From NCBI GenBank assembly GCA_919901915.1, contig CAKKQB010000013.1:1-58262 (forward strand): 58,262 nucleotides of DNA. Reading direction: 5' to 3'. Both the position numbers and the translations under genes were made by a program. Each line of letters opens with the position of its first letter. Positions within the stretch are counted from its first letter, which is position 1. The notes beneath the pieces are model-generated. The model worked only from the letters and a program-made list of their open reading frames with translations. It made no database searches and had not been told where the DNA came from. Below, one piece after another: positions 8,991 to 17,904 of this stretch. This DNA comes from Omnitrophica bacterium GWA2_41_15. GTDB taxonomy: Bacteria; Omnitrophota; Gorgyraeia; Gygaellales; Profunditerraquicolaceae.

Positions 8991-9968
8991 CTATAAATAC
9001 ATCCCTTTTTCTAAATAAGCGGCGTAATCTTTTACCGCTTCTTCAAGAGGCATAAATTTATGCTTACATCCGGCAATCGTTATTTTATCCATCTTTGCCT
9101 CGGTAAAATACTGGTACTTTTCCTTTAACCCTTCCGGCATCTCAATATACTCTATTTTCAAGGCTTTACCTAGAACAAAAAATAAAGCCTTTGCCACATC
9201 ATTCCAACTGCGCGCCGCAGCTGTTCCTAAATTATAAATGCCTGACACACACGGATTTTCGTAAAAATAATACATTACTTCAATAACATCCTTAACGTAA
9301 ATGAAATCTCTTTTTTGCTCCCCATCTTTACAATCATTACGGTATGACTTAAAAAGCCGCATGGGATTACCTTCCTTAATACTATTAAACTGCTTGCATA
9401 TTATACTCATCATTTCGCCTTTATGGTACTCATTTGGGCCAAAAACATTAAAAAATTTAAAACCAATTACTTTATTGATCAGATTATTTCGCAAAAGCCA
9501 TAAATCAAACAAGTGCTTTGTGTATCCGTAAATATTGAGCGGTCGCAAAGCAGGCATCGCTTCATCCGCGTCGTCATAACCAGACATGCCATCCCCATAG
9601 GTGGCCGCTGATGAAGCATAGATAAACTTTGCCTTATGGGCAAACGCCCACAAAGCAAGCCTTTTGGAATATTCGTAATTATTCTTCAGGAAATACGCGG
9701 CGTCATTCAAAACAGTCGAGGTACAAGCGCCTAAATGGACAACTGTTTTAACATGGGGAAGCTTTCCCGACTCAAGGACATCAAGAAAATCATCCTTCTG
9801 AATATAATCAATAAACTTCTTACCAATAAGATTCTTCCATTTATTAGTATTAGCAAGGTTATCAACAACAATAATATCATTATTACCTTGATGATTGAGT
9901 TTCCATAAAAAACAGCTGCCAATAAAACCAGCGCCGCCAGTAAGAATAGTTATTCCCTTCTTAGCCAT
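8991..9968 (-). CDS. hldD: ADP-L-glycero-D-manno-heptose 6-epimerase
   Basis: Rossmann motif TGGAGFIGS and HldD-like N-terminus (IIVVDNL...KW.NL). Start moved to the ATG at 9968 because the upstream 42 codons translate repeat elements (IPAFAGMT). Confidence 0.85.
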   Translation of the reverse strand: MAKKGITILTGGAGFIGSCFLWKLNHQGNNDIIVVDNLANTNKWKNLIGKKFIDYIQKDDFLDVLESGKLPHVKTVVHLGACTSTVLNDAAYFLKNNYEYSKRLALWAFAHKAKFIYASSAATYGDGMSGYDDADEAMPALRPLNIYGYTKHLFDLWLLRNNLINKVIGFKFFNVFGPNEYHKGEMMSIICKQFNSIKEGNPMRLFKSYRNDCKDGEQKRDFIYVKDVIEVMYYFYENPCVSGIYNLGTAAARSWNDVAKALFFVLGKALKIEYIEMPEGLKEKYQYFTEAKMDKITIAGCKHKFMPLEEAVKDYAAYLEKGMYL

Positions 9969-9980
9969 TCCCCGCCCTTC

Positions 9981-10100
9981 GTCATTCCGGAAACATAAGC
10001 TTGTCATTCCGGCGAAAGCCGGAATCCAGCCGAGGTAACACTTCCTGGACCCCGACTTTCGTCGGGGGTGACGCGTCTTACTCACCTTCGTCATTCCGGA
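9981..10100. repeat. GTCATTCCGG(C)GAAAGCCGGAATCCAG hairpin repeats (family C)
   Basis: gtcattccgg occurs 3 times here, with a full hairpin copy at 10003-10028. Related copies at 10655-10685, 15237-15356, 16891-16920 and 17226-17319. Confidence 0.7.
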
Positions 10101-10109
10101 TTTTAATTT

Positions 10110-10586
10110 CTATCTTGTTATTTTCAATATTTTATACCGCAAGACACCGGCAGGAATTTTAATTTCAACTGTCTCGTTTTCTTTGTGGCCCAATAAGCCT
10201 TGACCCACCGGAGATGAAACAGAAATTTTCCCCTGCGCGTAATCCGCCTCTAACGCTGATACCAAAGTATAAACCGACTCTTCTTCATTAGACAAATCTT
10301 TGATCGTAACAGTTGCCCCTATAAGCACTTCATCCTTGGGGATATTTTCATCATCAAGAATGCGCGCGCGGCTTAACTTATCCTCTAATTCTGCTATTTT
10401 CTTTTCATTTAAGCCTTGCGCTTCTTTGGCAACGTCGTACTCGGCATTTTCACTAATATCGCCTTGAGCCCTGGCATCTCCTATCGCCTTAGACAACTCC
10501 CTTCGTTTTGTTGTCTTTAAAAAAGCCAACTCCTCCATTAATTTCTGATGCCCTTCCTTGGTCAAATAGGTATCATGTATCTCCAT
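10110..10586 (-). CDS. greA: transcription elongation factor GreA
   Basis: 158 aa. Coiled-coil N-domain with acidic tip (DISENAEYD) and GreA C-domain. Confidence 0.95.
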   Translation of the reverse strand: MEIHDTYLTKEGHQKLMEELAFLKTTKRRELSKAIGDARAQGDISENAEYDVAKEAQGLNEKKIAELEDKLSRARILDDENIPKDEVLIGATVTIKDLSNEEESVYTLVSALEADYAQGKISVSSPVGQGLLGHKENETVEIKIPAGVLRYKILKITR

Positions 10587-10706
10587 TTTTATCTCCTCAA
10601 CGTTACCTCGGTTAAGCCCGGATTATTCGAAAAAATCCCCTTACCATAACAATGGTGTCATCCCTGCGAAAACAGGGATCCAGAATTAGAGGGGAATTAT
10701 TTTTCT

Positions 10707-13637
10707 CTATTTTAATCTTAACGGCTCTTGCCAGGCCTCTTTTAATTCTTTAATCCCCGCCTTTACGCAAATCTTTCCGTCTAGGCCGTAAATCTCAAAC
10801 TCCTCATTTCCCATTACGCATCCAATTAAACCAAAAGGCGCTCCCGCGCGCTTAAGCATCCCTTCGAATTCAGAGCTGTCTTTTTTTGCCACCTCAACAA
10901 CGAATCTGGAATTTGATTCAGAAAATAATACAAAATCATTCCTGGCGTATTGCGTATTGCGTATTGCGTATTGCGTTCGTCTATACGGCGCTTCCGCCAA
11001 AAATATCTCCATCCCTAAACCGCCTGAAAAAGCCATCTCCGCGCAAGCCACCCCAAGCCCGCCTTCTGAACAATCGTGCATCGCGCGAATTAAACCTTTT
11101 TGCGAAATTTGACTTAAAACATCAAAAATTATTTTTGCCTTTTTACTATCCACCTTAGGAACATTATTTCCGATAGATCCGTATAAATCAAAATAATGCG
11201 AACCGCCCAACTCATTATAGGTTTGCCCTACCACATACAATAAATCGCCCGGCTCTTTAGCGTACATAGAAACTGTTTTTGTTATGTCATCCATCACTGC
11301 TATTGCTGAAATCAAAAGCGTTCCCGGAATATTAATAGATTTTTTATTTACCTGAAATTCATTATTCAAGCTGTCCTTACCTGAAATAAAAGGAATTCCG
11401 AATCCCTTCGCGATATCATAACAGCCATAAGCAGCCCTAACCAGACTTCCTAATCTATCCGGTTTATCCGGATTTCCCCAGCAGAAATTATCCAACAGCG
11501 CCACCCTTTCTAATGAACCGCCCACGGCAATAATCTGCCGCAAGGCTTCATCAATACAAGAAGCGGCCATCCAATAAGGGTCGATAAAACCATACCTAAA
11601 ATTAATTCCATTTGACACGATAAGGGCTTTCTTCGAATCCAAAGCCGGTTTTACCACACTGGCATCAGACGGGCCGTCATTCTGAACGCCTACCAAAGGT
11701 TTCAGAACTGAACCTCCTCCAACCTCATGGTCATATTGCCTGATTATCCATTCCTTGGAACAAATGTCATAATGCGAAAGAAGCCGTAATAAATATTTCG
11801 TAAGATCCTTATCGCGTTTAATATTCGGCTCTTTATGTTTAGGCTGAAGAAAAATCGCCTTTTTAAATTCATCCGGCAATCCTTCATGCAAAAACTTCAT
11901 ATCTAAATCACAAACAAGATTTTCCTTATAATAAAGCTCCAATCTTTTTGTATCCGTAAATTCACCGATTACAGTCGCCTCCACATTTTCATCTTCAAAA
12001 ACTTTTATTAATTCATTAATCTTCTCTTTGGAAACGGACAGGACCATCCTCTCTTGAGATTCAGAAATCCATATTTCCATATAGGAAAGGCCGCTGTATT
12101 TTAAAGGAACTTTGTCTAAATAAACCTTCGCGCCCAATTCCGCCCCCATCTCACCCACCGCGCTTGAAAGGCCGCCTGCTCCGCAATCAGTAATCGCGTT
12201 ATACAAATTTTTATCACGCGCTTCCAGCATCGTATCCTCTATCTTCTTTTCCTGAATGGGATTGCCTATTTGCACCGCTCCAGAAGAAATCGTTTCTGAT
12301 TCATGGGTTAATTCTCCCGATGAAAATGTGGCGCCGTGTATTCCATCTCTACCGGTTCTGCCGCCTAAGGCCACAATAAGATCCCCTAATCGAACCTGAT
12401 TAAAAGACTTCTCTTTAGGCATAATCCCGGCTGTTCCGCAATAAACCAAGGGATTTCCCAGAAAACGCTCATGAAAAAGCACAGCGCCGTTTACCGTAGG
12501 AATCCCCATCTTATTTCCGTAATCACGCACACCACTAACCACGCCTTTCATTACACGCTTAGGATGAAGCATCCCTTTAGGCAATTTGCTAAAAGGATAA
12601 TCCGGCTCCCCAAAACAAAACACATCAGTATTAAAAACCGGTTTCGCGCCTAAGCCAGTGCCCAGAGGATCGCGGATTACCCCGCCCACGCCAGTATTGG
12701 CGCCGCCAAACGGCTCTAAAGCTGACGGATGATTATGCGTCTCAACCTTAAAACAAACATTATATTTATCATCAAACTCAATTACACCGGCATTATCTTT
12801 AAACACCGAAACACACCAAGATTTCTTCAATTCCTTGGTAACCTTCATTATGGTAGATTTCAAAAGATTATTTATTTTTTTAATTTTTAATTTTGAATTT
12901 TTAATTTTGAATTTATATTCTATCTTTCCCCTAAACGTCTTGTGCCGGCAATGCTCCGACCATGTCTGGGCGAGAGTTTCTAATTCACAATCGGTGGGAT
13001 TGCGTTTTAATTTCTTAAAATAATTTTGGACCTGGCGCATCTCAACCAGATTTAAAAACAACTGGTCATCTTTACTGATCTTTTTCAATTTTCTATCCGA
13101 AGCGCCTAATAAATCCACAGTAATTAGTTCGAAATTATATCCCACTTGAACTGCCGGCTGAAAGCCGCAGACCGCAGGCTTAACGATATGCTGAATTAGT
13201 TTATTATAAAGAAGTTTTTCTGAAATAACTCTCAATTTTAACTGACTAAGATTACCTCTTATCAGATACTTCTTCGCGGTTTTGACCGAAGTTACACCCT
13301 CTATCCCTAAATCCCTTATGCCTTTCAAAGTTGATTCCTCAACCGGATCCATAACGCCGGAGTTATAGGCAGCCTCGACTATAAAATCGTGAAGCGTGAA
13401 GCGTGAAGCGTCGTGCGTTTTATTGATAAAATACTCCTGGGAAATTTTATCGACAAGAAGTTCTTCGCAGATTTTATTGACTTGGGCTTCAGAAAGACTG
13501 CCTTCAAGAGTATAAACATAAACAAACCGGACTTCCTGAACACCCTTTATCCCCAAATCCAGAATATCCCTCTTAATGCTTTCGCCAATAGCATCAAAAA
13601 TACCCGCTTTATCTTTTACTTCAATCCGCCAAGACAT
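10707..13637 (-). CDS. purL: phosphoribosylformylglycinamidine synthase, PurS-PurS-PurL fusion (no glutaminase domain)
   Basis: 976 aa. Two N-terminal ~80-aa PurS-like modules, then a PurL core (SEHCRHKTF, HNHPS, GGA.TGVGG). Contains three in-frame 7-nt word arrays. Confidence 0.9.
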   Translation of the reverse strand: MSWRIEVKDKAGIFDAIGESIKRDILDLGIKGVQEVRFVYVYTLEGSLSEAQVNKICEELLVDKISQEYFINKTHDASRFTLHDFIVEAAYNSGVMDPVEESTLKGIRDLGIEGVTSVKTAKKYLIRGNLSQLKLRVISEKLLYNKLIQHIVKPAVCGFQPAVQVGYNFELITVDLLGASDRKLKKISKDDQLFLNLVEMRQVQNYFKKLKRNPTDCELETLAQTWSEHCRHKTFRGKIEYKFKIKNSKLKIKKINNLLKSTIMKVTKELKKSWCVSVFKDNAGVIEFDDKYNVCFKVETHNHPSALEPFGGANTGVGGVIRDPLGTGLGAKPVFNTDVFCFGEPDYPFSKLPKGMLHPKRVMKGVVSGVRDYGNKMGIPTVNGAVLFHERFLGNPLVYCGTAGIMPKEKSFNQVRLGDLIVALGGRTGRDGIHGATFSSGELTHESETISSGAVQIGNPIQEKKIEDTMLEARDKNLYNAITDCGAGGLSSAVGEMGAELGAKVYLDKVPLKYSGLSYMEIWISESQERMVLSVSKEKINELIKVFEDENVEATVIGEFTDTKRLELYYKENLVCDLDMKFLHEGLPDEFKKAIFLQPKHKEPNIKRDKDLTKYLLRLLSHYDICSKEWIIRQYDHEVGGGSVLKPLVGVQNDGPSDASVVKPALDSKKALIVSNGINFRYGFIDPYWMAASCIDEALRQIIAVGGSLERVALLDNFCWGNPDKPDRLGSLVRAAYGCYDIAKGFGIPFISGKDSLNNEFQVNKKSINIPGTLLISAIAVMDDITKTVSMYAKEPGDLLYVVGQTYNELGGSHYFDLYGSIGNNVPKVDSKKAKIIFDVLSQISQKGLIRAMHDCSEGGLGVACAEMAFSGGLGMEIFLAEAPYRRTQYAIRNTQYARNDFVLFSESNSRFVVEVAKKDSSEFEGMLKRAGAPFGLIGCVMGNEEFEIYGLDGKICVKAGIKELKEAWQEPLRLK

Positions 13638-13713
13638 AAAAATAACTCCATTAGAAATTCCCTATCCCCTTTTACTTCTAATCTTTTCCCTCCCCTCGGG
13701 AGGGGGAAATTCT

Positions 13714-15006
13714 TCACAACCCCAAACGTTTAAAAATTTTACCAATGTGGCGCAGATAATAATCCAAATTAAAAATTTTTTCCAAATCCTTTTCAGAAAG
13801 GCACATCGAAGTTTCTTTATCCGCCAGAAGCACAACTTTAAAATCCAACCTTTCTTCCCATGCCTTCATCGCGCATCTTTGCGTCAAATCATACGCCTTT
13901 GTCCGGGTTAGGCCTTTTTGCATCAAGGCCAATAACACTGCTTGAGAAAATATCAGCCCTTTGGTCTTTACCAAATTTCCCAGCATATTTTGCGGATAAA
14001 CTCTCAAACCCTGAATCACCTCTATAAACTTCGTCAACATATAATCTAAGGCAATCGTAGAATCAGGAAAAATTACACGTTCAGCTGAAGAATGAGATAT
14101 ATCGCGCTCATGCCATAATGAAATATTCTCTAAGGCTACCGATGAATTCGCGCGCAATATCCTTGATAAACCACAAACACGCTCGCAGATTACAGGATTT
14201 CTTTTGTGCGGCATAGCGGAAGAACCTTTTTGATTTTTACCAAACGGCTCCTCTGCCTCTAAAACCTCAGTCCTCTGTAAATGCCTGATTTCCGTAGCAA
14301 ACTTTTCTAAGCTTGAGCCAATAATCGCCAGAGTAGTTAAATAGCGCGCGTACACATCACGCTGAATTATCTGGGTTGAAATATTAGCCGGCCTAAGCCC
14401 TAACTTTCTACAAACATAGGCTTCCGTCCGCGGTGAAATATTAGCGTAAGTTCCGACCGCGCCGGATATTTTTCCGACGGAAATCTCATCCTTCGCCTGA
14501 AGCAGGCGCTCTAAATTACGCCCCATTTCATCATACCAAAGCGCGAGTTTCAAGCCAAAGGTAGTTGGTTCAGCATGTATGCCGTGAGTCCTTGCTATAC
14601 AAACCATATCCTTATAGGCTATAGCTTTTTTGGCTAATAATTTAAGTAATATATTTATGTCCTCAATCAGAATATCTGAAACGGCTTTTAATTGCACGCC
14701 TAACGTAGTATCTAAAATATCAGATGAGGTAAGCCCTATATGCAAATACTTAGCATCCGGCCCAATACTTTCCGCCACATTAGTTACAAATGCCACCACG
14801 TCATGTTGTGTTTTTTCTTCAATCTTTCCTATTCTTTTAAGATTAAATTTTGCTCTCTTTTTAATTCTTTCTACCGCGTCCCGCGGAACCTGCTTTTGTA
14901 TAGCAAGAGCCTCTAAACTAAACAGCTCCACAGCAAGCATGGTTTTAAACTTAAAATCATCCTGCCAAATACCCGCCATCCTTGGTAAGCTATACCGTTC
15001 AATCAT
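13714..15006 (-). CDS. purB: adenylosuccinate lyase
   Basis: 430 aa. Fumarate-lyase signature GSSAMPHKRNP. Confidence 0.95.
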   Translation of the reverse strand: MIERYSLPRMAGIWQDDFKFKTMLAVELFSLEALAIQKQVPRDAVERIKKRAKFNLKRIGKIEEKTQHDVVAFVTNVAESIGPDAKYLHIGLTSSDILDTTLGVQLKAVSDILIEDINILLKLLAKKAIAYKDMVCIARTHGIHAEPTTFGLKLALWYDEMGRNLERLLQAKDEISVGKISGAVGTYANISPRTEAYVCRKLGLRPANISTQIIQRDVYARYLTTLAIIGSSLEKFATEIRHLQRTEVLEAEEPFGKNQKGSSAMPHKRNPVICERVCGLSRILRANSSVALENISLWHERDISHSSAERVIFPDSTIALDYMLTKFIEVIQGLRVYPQNMLGNLVKTKGLIFSQAVLLALMQKGLTRTKAYDLTQRCAMKAWEERLDFKVVLLADKETSMCLSEKDLEKIFNLDYYLRHIGKIFKRLGL

Positions 15007-15049
15007 ACTTTATCCTCCTCCACTGCCATTCAAATCAGATCACACATAA

Positions 15050-15139
15050 TCCCCGCGAATCGCCGCGTAGGGGTGGGCTTGCCCACCCTTTACGGATTAT
15101 TTAATCCAAAACTATACTCACAATAAATACGAAAGAAAC
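15050..15139. repeat. solo MITE right-end module (GC hairpin plus ...aaatacgaaagaaac)
   Basis: gtaggggtgggcttgcccaccc followed by a segment that aligns with 8139-8210 and 29343-29415. Confidence 0.55.
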
Positions 15140-15236
15140 AATAATATATTATACCAAAAATAATAACATTTGGCAAATAGGTTGCAATATTTATTTTTTG
15201 AATTATAATAAAACTACTTCGCCAAAATCGGACGTT

Positions 15237-15356
15237 GTCATTCCCGCGAAAGCGGGAATCCAGTAACCGGTTCAAACGCTGTCATTCCGGCGCAAGCGGG
15301 AATCCAGTAACCGGTTCAAACGCTGTCATTCCGGCGCAAGCCGGAATCCAGTAACC
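15237..15356. repeat. 44-bp tandem repeat, 2.7 copies, of a family C hairpin plus constant linker
   Basis: Units at 15237-15280 and 15281-15324, plus a partial unit at 15325-15356 (gtcattccggcgcaagcgggaatccagtaaccggttcaaacgct). A degenerate inverted copy lies at 15375-15406. Confidence 0.85.
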
Positions 15357-15458
15357 GAAATCGCCGGCAAAAATTTCTGGATTGTCCGGTCGAGTCGAAT
15401 GATAACAAATTAGGCGCATTTCGCAACGCCTCATACTACAATACAAGGAGATCAATCT

Positions 15459-16874
15459 ATGTTAAGAATCTTACGTAACAAAAAAGTAGTAAGAAAGATT
15501 TGGATCGCCTTAGCCATTATTATTATTCCGGCATTTACTTTGTGGGGCTTAGGCGGCGCTTTACGTGGCAAAAAAGAGAGTTCCTCCGCTGGAAAAATTT
15601 TCGGCAAAGAAATATCAGGCATGGAATTTCAAGATACCATCAGCGCCGTAAAAAATCAGGCAATCATGCAATATGGAAACAAATTGGAAGAGGTAAGAAA
15701 ATCTATCGATTTCGAGGAACAGGCATGGGAACGGCTTATGCTATTGCAGGAAGCAAGAAACCGCAAAATAAATGTAAACGATAAAGAAATTATCGAATTA
15801 ATCAAAAGTTATCCGTTCTTTCAAAGCAAAGGGGTATTTAACGAGAGAATTTATACTGAATTACTACGCGTTCCTTTCCAGACCCAGGCGCGCATATTTG
15901 AAGAACAAACCCGCCAAAACCTAATGCTCGCCAAGCTTTTTAAACAAGTCACTAAGGACGTAAGCTTACCTGACGATGAGACCGCGAACGAATACCGCAA
16001 ACTAAACGAAGAGCTAAGCCTATACTACATCGCCAGCTTTCCGACTGATTTCGCGAAAGATATAAAACCCAATGAAAAAGAAATCAAAGAATATTTTGAC
16101 AAAAACTCCATAGAATTCAAACAACCCCTCTCCTTTAATCTAAATTACATTATTTTGGAATCTGAAGATAAAATGAAGGACGCAATCACGCGCTTAAAGA
16201 AAAAAGAAAATTTAGAAAAAATAGCCCTTGATTTAGGATTAACCATAAAGGAAACCGGGCTATTCGCGCAAACAGACCCTATCCCCGCTATTGGCTGGTC
16301 GCCTGAAGTATCTAATATGATTTCGAAACTTAAAGTGAATGAATTATCTCCCATAATTGCGGTAGAAAAAACTTATTATGTACTGAAACTTAAGGAAAGA
16401 AAAGAGCCTTATGTGCCGGAATTTGAAAAAATAAAAAATAAGATAGAGGAAAGGCTCATAAAAATAACTTCGGAAAAAACAGCTCAAGAAAAAATCCAGG
16501 AATGCCTGAAATACTTAGAAGAGTCGCGCCAGCAAAATCCCAAATCCATAGATTTTGATAAGGCCGCGAAAAAATACAGTTTAAAATCAAGTTTTACCGA
16601 AAATTTCAAATATGGAAGTTACATAGAAAAAATCGGCGCTTCGGATAATTTTTGGATAGCAGCAAAAGACATTAAAAATGATGGATTTAGCGGCATCATC
16701 AACATGCCTTCAGGTTTTTACATCATTAAACTCAAAACCAGAACCCCTATCGATGAAAAAAAGTTTTCTACTGAAAAACAGGAATTCAAAGAAAAACTCT
16801 CCTTCCAGAAAAAACAGGATTATTTCATTAAGTTTATCAAAGACCTCAAACAAACCGCCTTCCTCGCGAAATAA
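15459..16874 (+). CDS. periplasmic chaperone / peptidyl-prolyl isomerase, PpiD-SurA-like
   Basis: 471 aa. N-terminal TM anchor, SurA_N-like region and a parvulin-like segment. AAGGAG RBS lies upstream. Confidence 0.75.
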   Translation: MLRILRNKKVVRKIWIALAIIIIPAFTLWGLGGALRGKKESSSAGKIFGKEISGMEFQDTISAVKNQAIMQYGNKLEEVRKSIDFEEQAWERLMLLQEARNRKINVNDKEIIELIKSYPFFQSKGVFNERIYTELLRVPFQTQARIFEEQTRQNLMLAKLFKQVTKDVSLPDDETANEYRKLNEELSLYYIASFPTDFAKDIKPNEKEIKEYFDKNSIEFKQPLSFNLNYIILESEDKMKDAITRLKKKENLEKIALDLGLTIKETGLFAQTDPIPAIGWSPEVSNMISKLKVNELSPIIAVEKTYYVLKLKERKEPYVPEFEKIKNKIEERLIKITSEKTAQEKIQECLKYLEESRQQNPKSIDFDKAAKKYSLKSSFTENFKYGSYIEKIGASDNFWIAAKDIKNDGFSGIINMPSGFYIIKLKTRTPIDEKKFSTEKQEFKEKLSFQKKQDYFIKFIKDLKQTAFLAK

Positions 16875-16954
16875 ACCCCCATTTACCTATCGTCATTCCG
16901 GTGAAAACCGGAATCCAGAAACGTAGATTTGTGTTAACTTAGGTTCTTTCGTGT

Positions 16955-17119
16955 TTAGGGCGAAAACCTTGGGCTTAAAAGTCCGCAGTGCTGATGAATT
17001 TTTAATAAGAAGTAGCGGACATTTCTATAGCCATACGCCATTTGTTTTAAACGTTTAATTTTATTGTTAATTCCTTCTGATATCGCGGAACTTATTCTTT
17101 TTGAATCATTCGTAATATG
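16955..17119 (-). pseudogene. C-terminal remnant (54 codons) of an ISL3-family transposase
   Basis: Minus-strand translation is HITNDSKRISSAISEGINNKIKRLKQMAYGYRNVRYFLLKIHQHCGLLSPRFSP*. It carries the ISL3 C-terminal hallmark EG.NNKIK..K..AYG.RN. An in-frame stop lies immediately upstream. The terminus ggttctttcgtg at 16942 lies 13 nt beyond the stop. Confidence 0.7.
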
Positions 17120-17199
17120 TTAACTCTCCACACATTTCACTATTCCGGCTTCTATCGTGGTATACAGAATATACCTCGTCAGAATAAGATTGCTAACAT

Positions 17200-17338
17200 G
17201 GGACTGTTGCAAAATGCCTCCAAACTGTCATCGTCCGGCTTGACCGGACGATCCAGAAAATTTTCTCGACGAGCATTCCGATTACTGGATTCCGGCTTTC
17301 GCCGGAATGACGACTTTGAACTATTTTGCAACAGTCCC
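17200..17338. repeat. 139-bp long palindromic element with 16-bp perfect termini
   Basis: gggactgttgcaaaat (17200-17215) against attttgcaacagtccc (17323-17338). The arms each contain a family C hairpin in opposite orientation. Confidence 0.65.
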
Positions 17339-17750
17339 AACATCAGCCTCATAAAAGCAAACCCCAACCCAAATTCAGCCTTATGCTACCCCGGTTTTCG
17401 CCGGGGCGGCATAAGGATAAACCATTTTTTAACTTTTTACCTTCACCTCCTTCTTCTTTACTTTTTTAAGGCTTTGTTAAACTCGTTAATAAAACATTAA
17501 ATAAAAAACCGGATTGTCAAATACTTGAAGTTTTTATGCTCCTGAGCTTCATCCTCTGGTAAACTTGAGGACTCTGGTCAAAAGATTTACTTCATTCGGT
17601 ATTCGGCAACCCGGTTATCCTTAAAACTGCGCCTAGGACCCTTGGCTTTGCATTTTCGCCTTACAGCGAAGCCGCCTTTTCGTTCCGTGATATCTCTTAC
17701 AACTTACTCAAGAATTTTTTCAATTTATTTTATCTTTTATTTGCAAAGTA

Positions 17751-17779
17751 AATATACCATACCAAATTTAGCTCGTCAA
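17751..17779 (-). promoter_or_regulatory. orphan sigma70-like promoter with no downstream ORF
   Basis: Minus strand reads TTGACG-17 nt-TATATT. It points into about 330 nt of non-coding sequence. Confidence 0.3.
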
Positions 17780-17904
17780 GGGGACTTTGCCTTATTCAAG
17801 AAAGCGTTTCCTTTTTTTCTGCTTCTCTTTGCGCTTCAATGGGTTAAGAAATTTTTTGCCATAAAAAAAAACGAATTTTTCTTTAAACCCGGTAACGATC
17901 CTTT

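Noticed and set aside
9969-10094. N-terminal 42-codon extension of the hldD ORF (MTKVSKTRHPRRKSG...IPAFAGMT...)
   Set aside because: It translates family C repeat hairpins. The conserved Rossmann N-terminus begins right after the internal ATG at 9968.
15090-15275. 61-aa ORF, and similar ORFs at 8076-8303, 17117-17500, 17179-17367, 24493-24780, 29246-29458 and 36715-36951
   Set aside because: All lie wholly within MITE or REP-like repeats and hairpins. Their peptides are the recurrent repeat translations (GRASPPL, RFRGNDN, VIPNEVRNL). No RBS or coding context is present.
15237-15356. Possible mini-CRISPR array (regularly spaced hairpin repeats)
   Set aside because: The 17-nt linkers between repeats are identical, so there are no unique spacers. 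The repeat is the dispersed family C hairpin, and no cas genes are present. It is a plain tandem duplication.
17420-17745. Known housekeeping ncRNA (tmRNA, RNase P, SRP, 6S) in the large non-coding gap
   Set aside because: None of the conserved cores I know were found on either strand. Those checked were the tmRNA GGGG...UCCACCA ends, the RNase P GAGGAAAGUCC, and the SRP GGAAGCAGCC helix 8.
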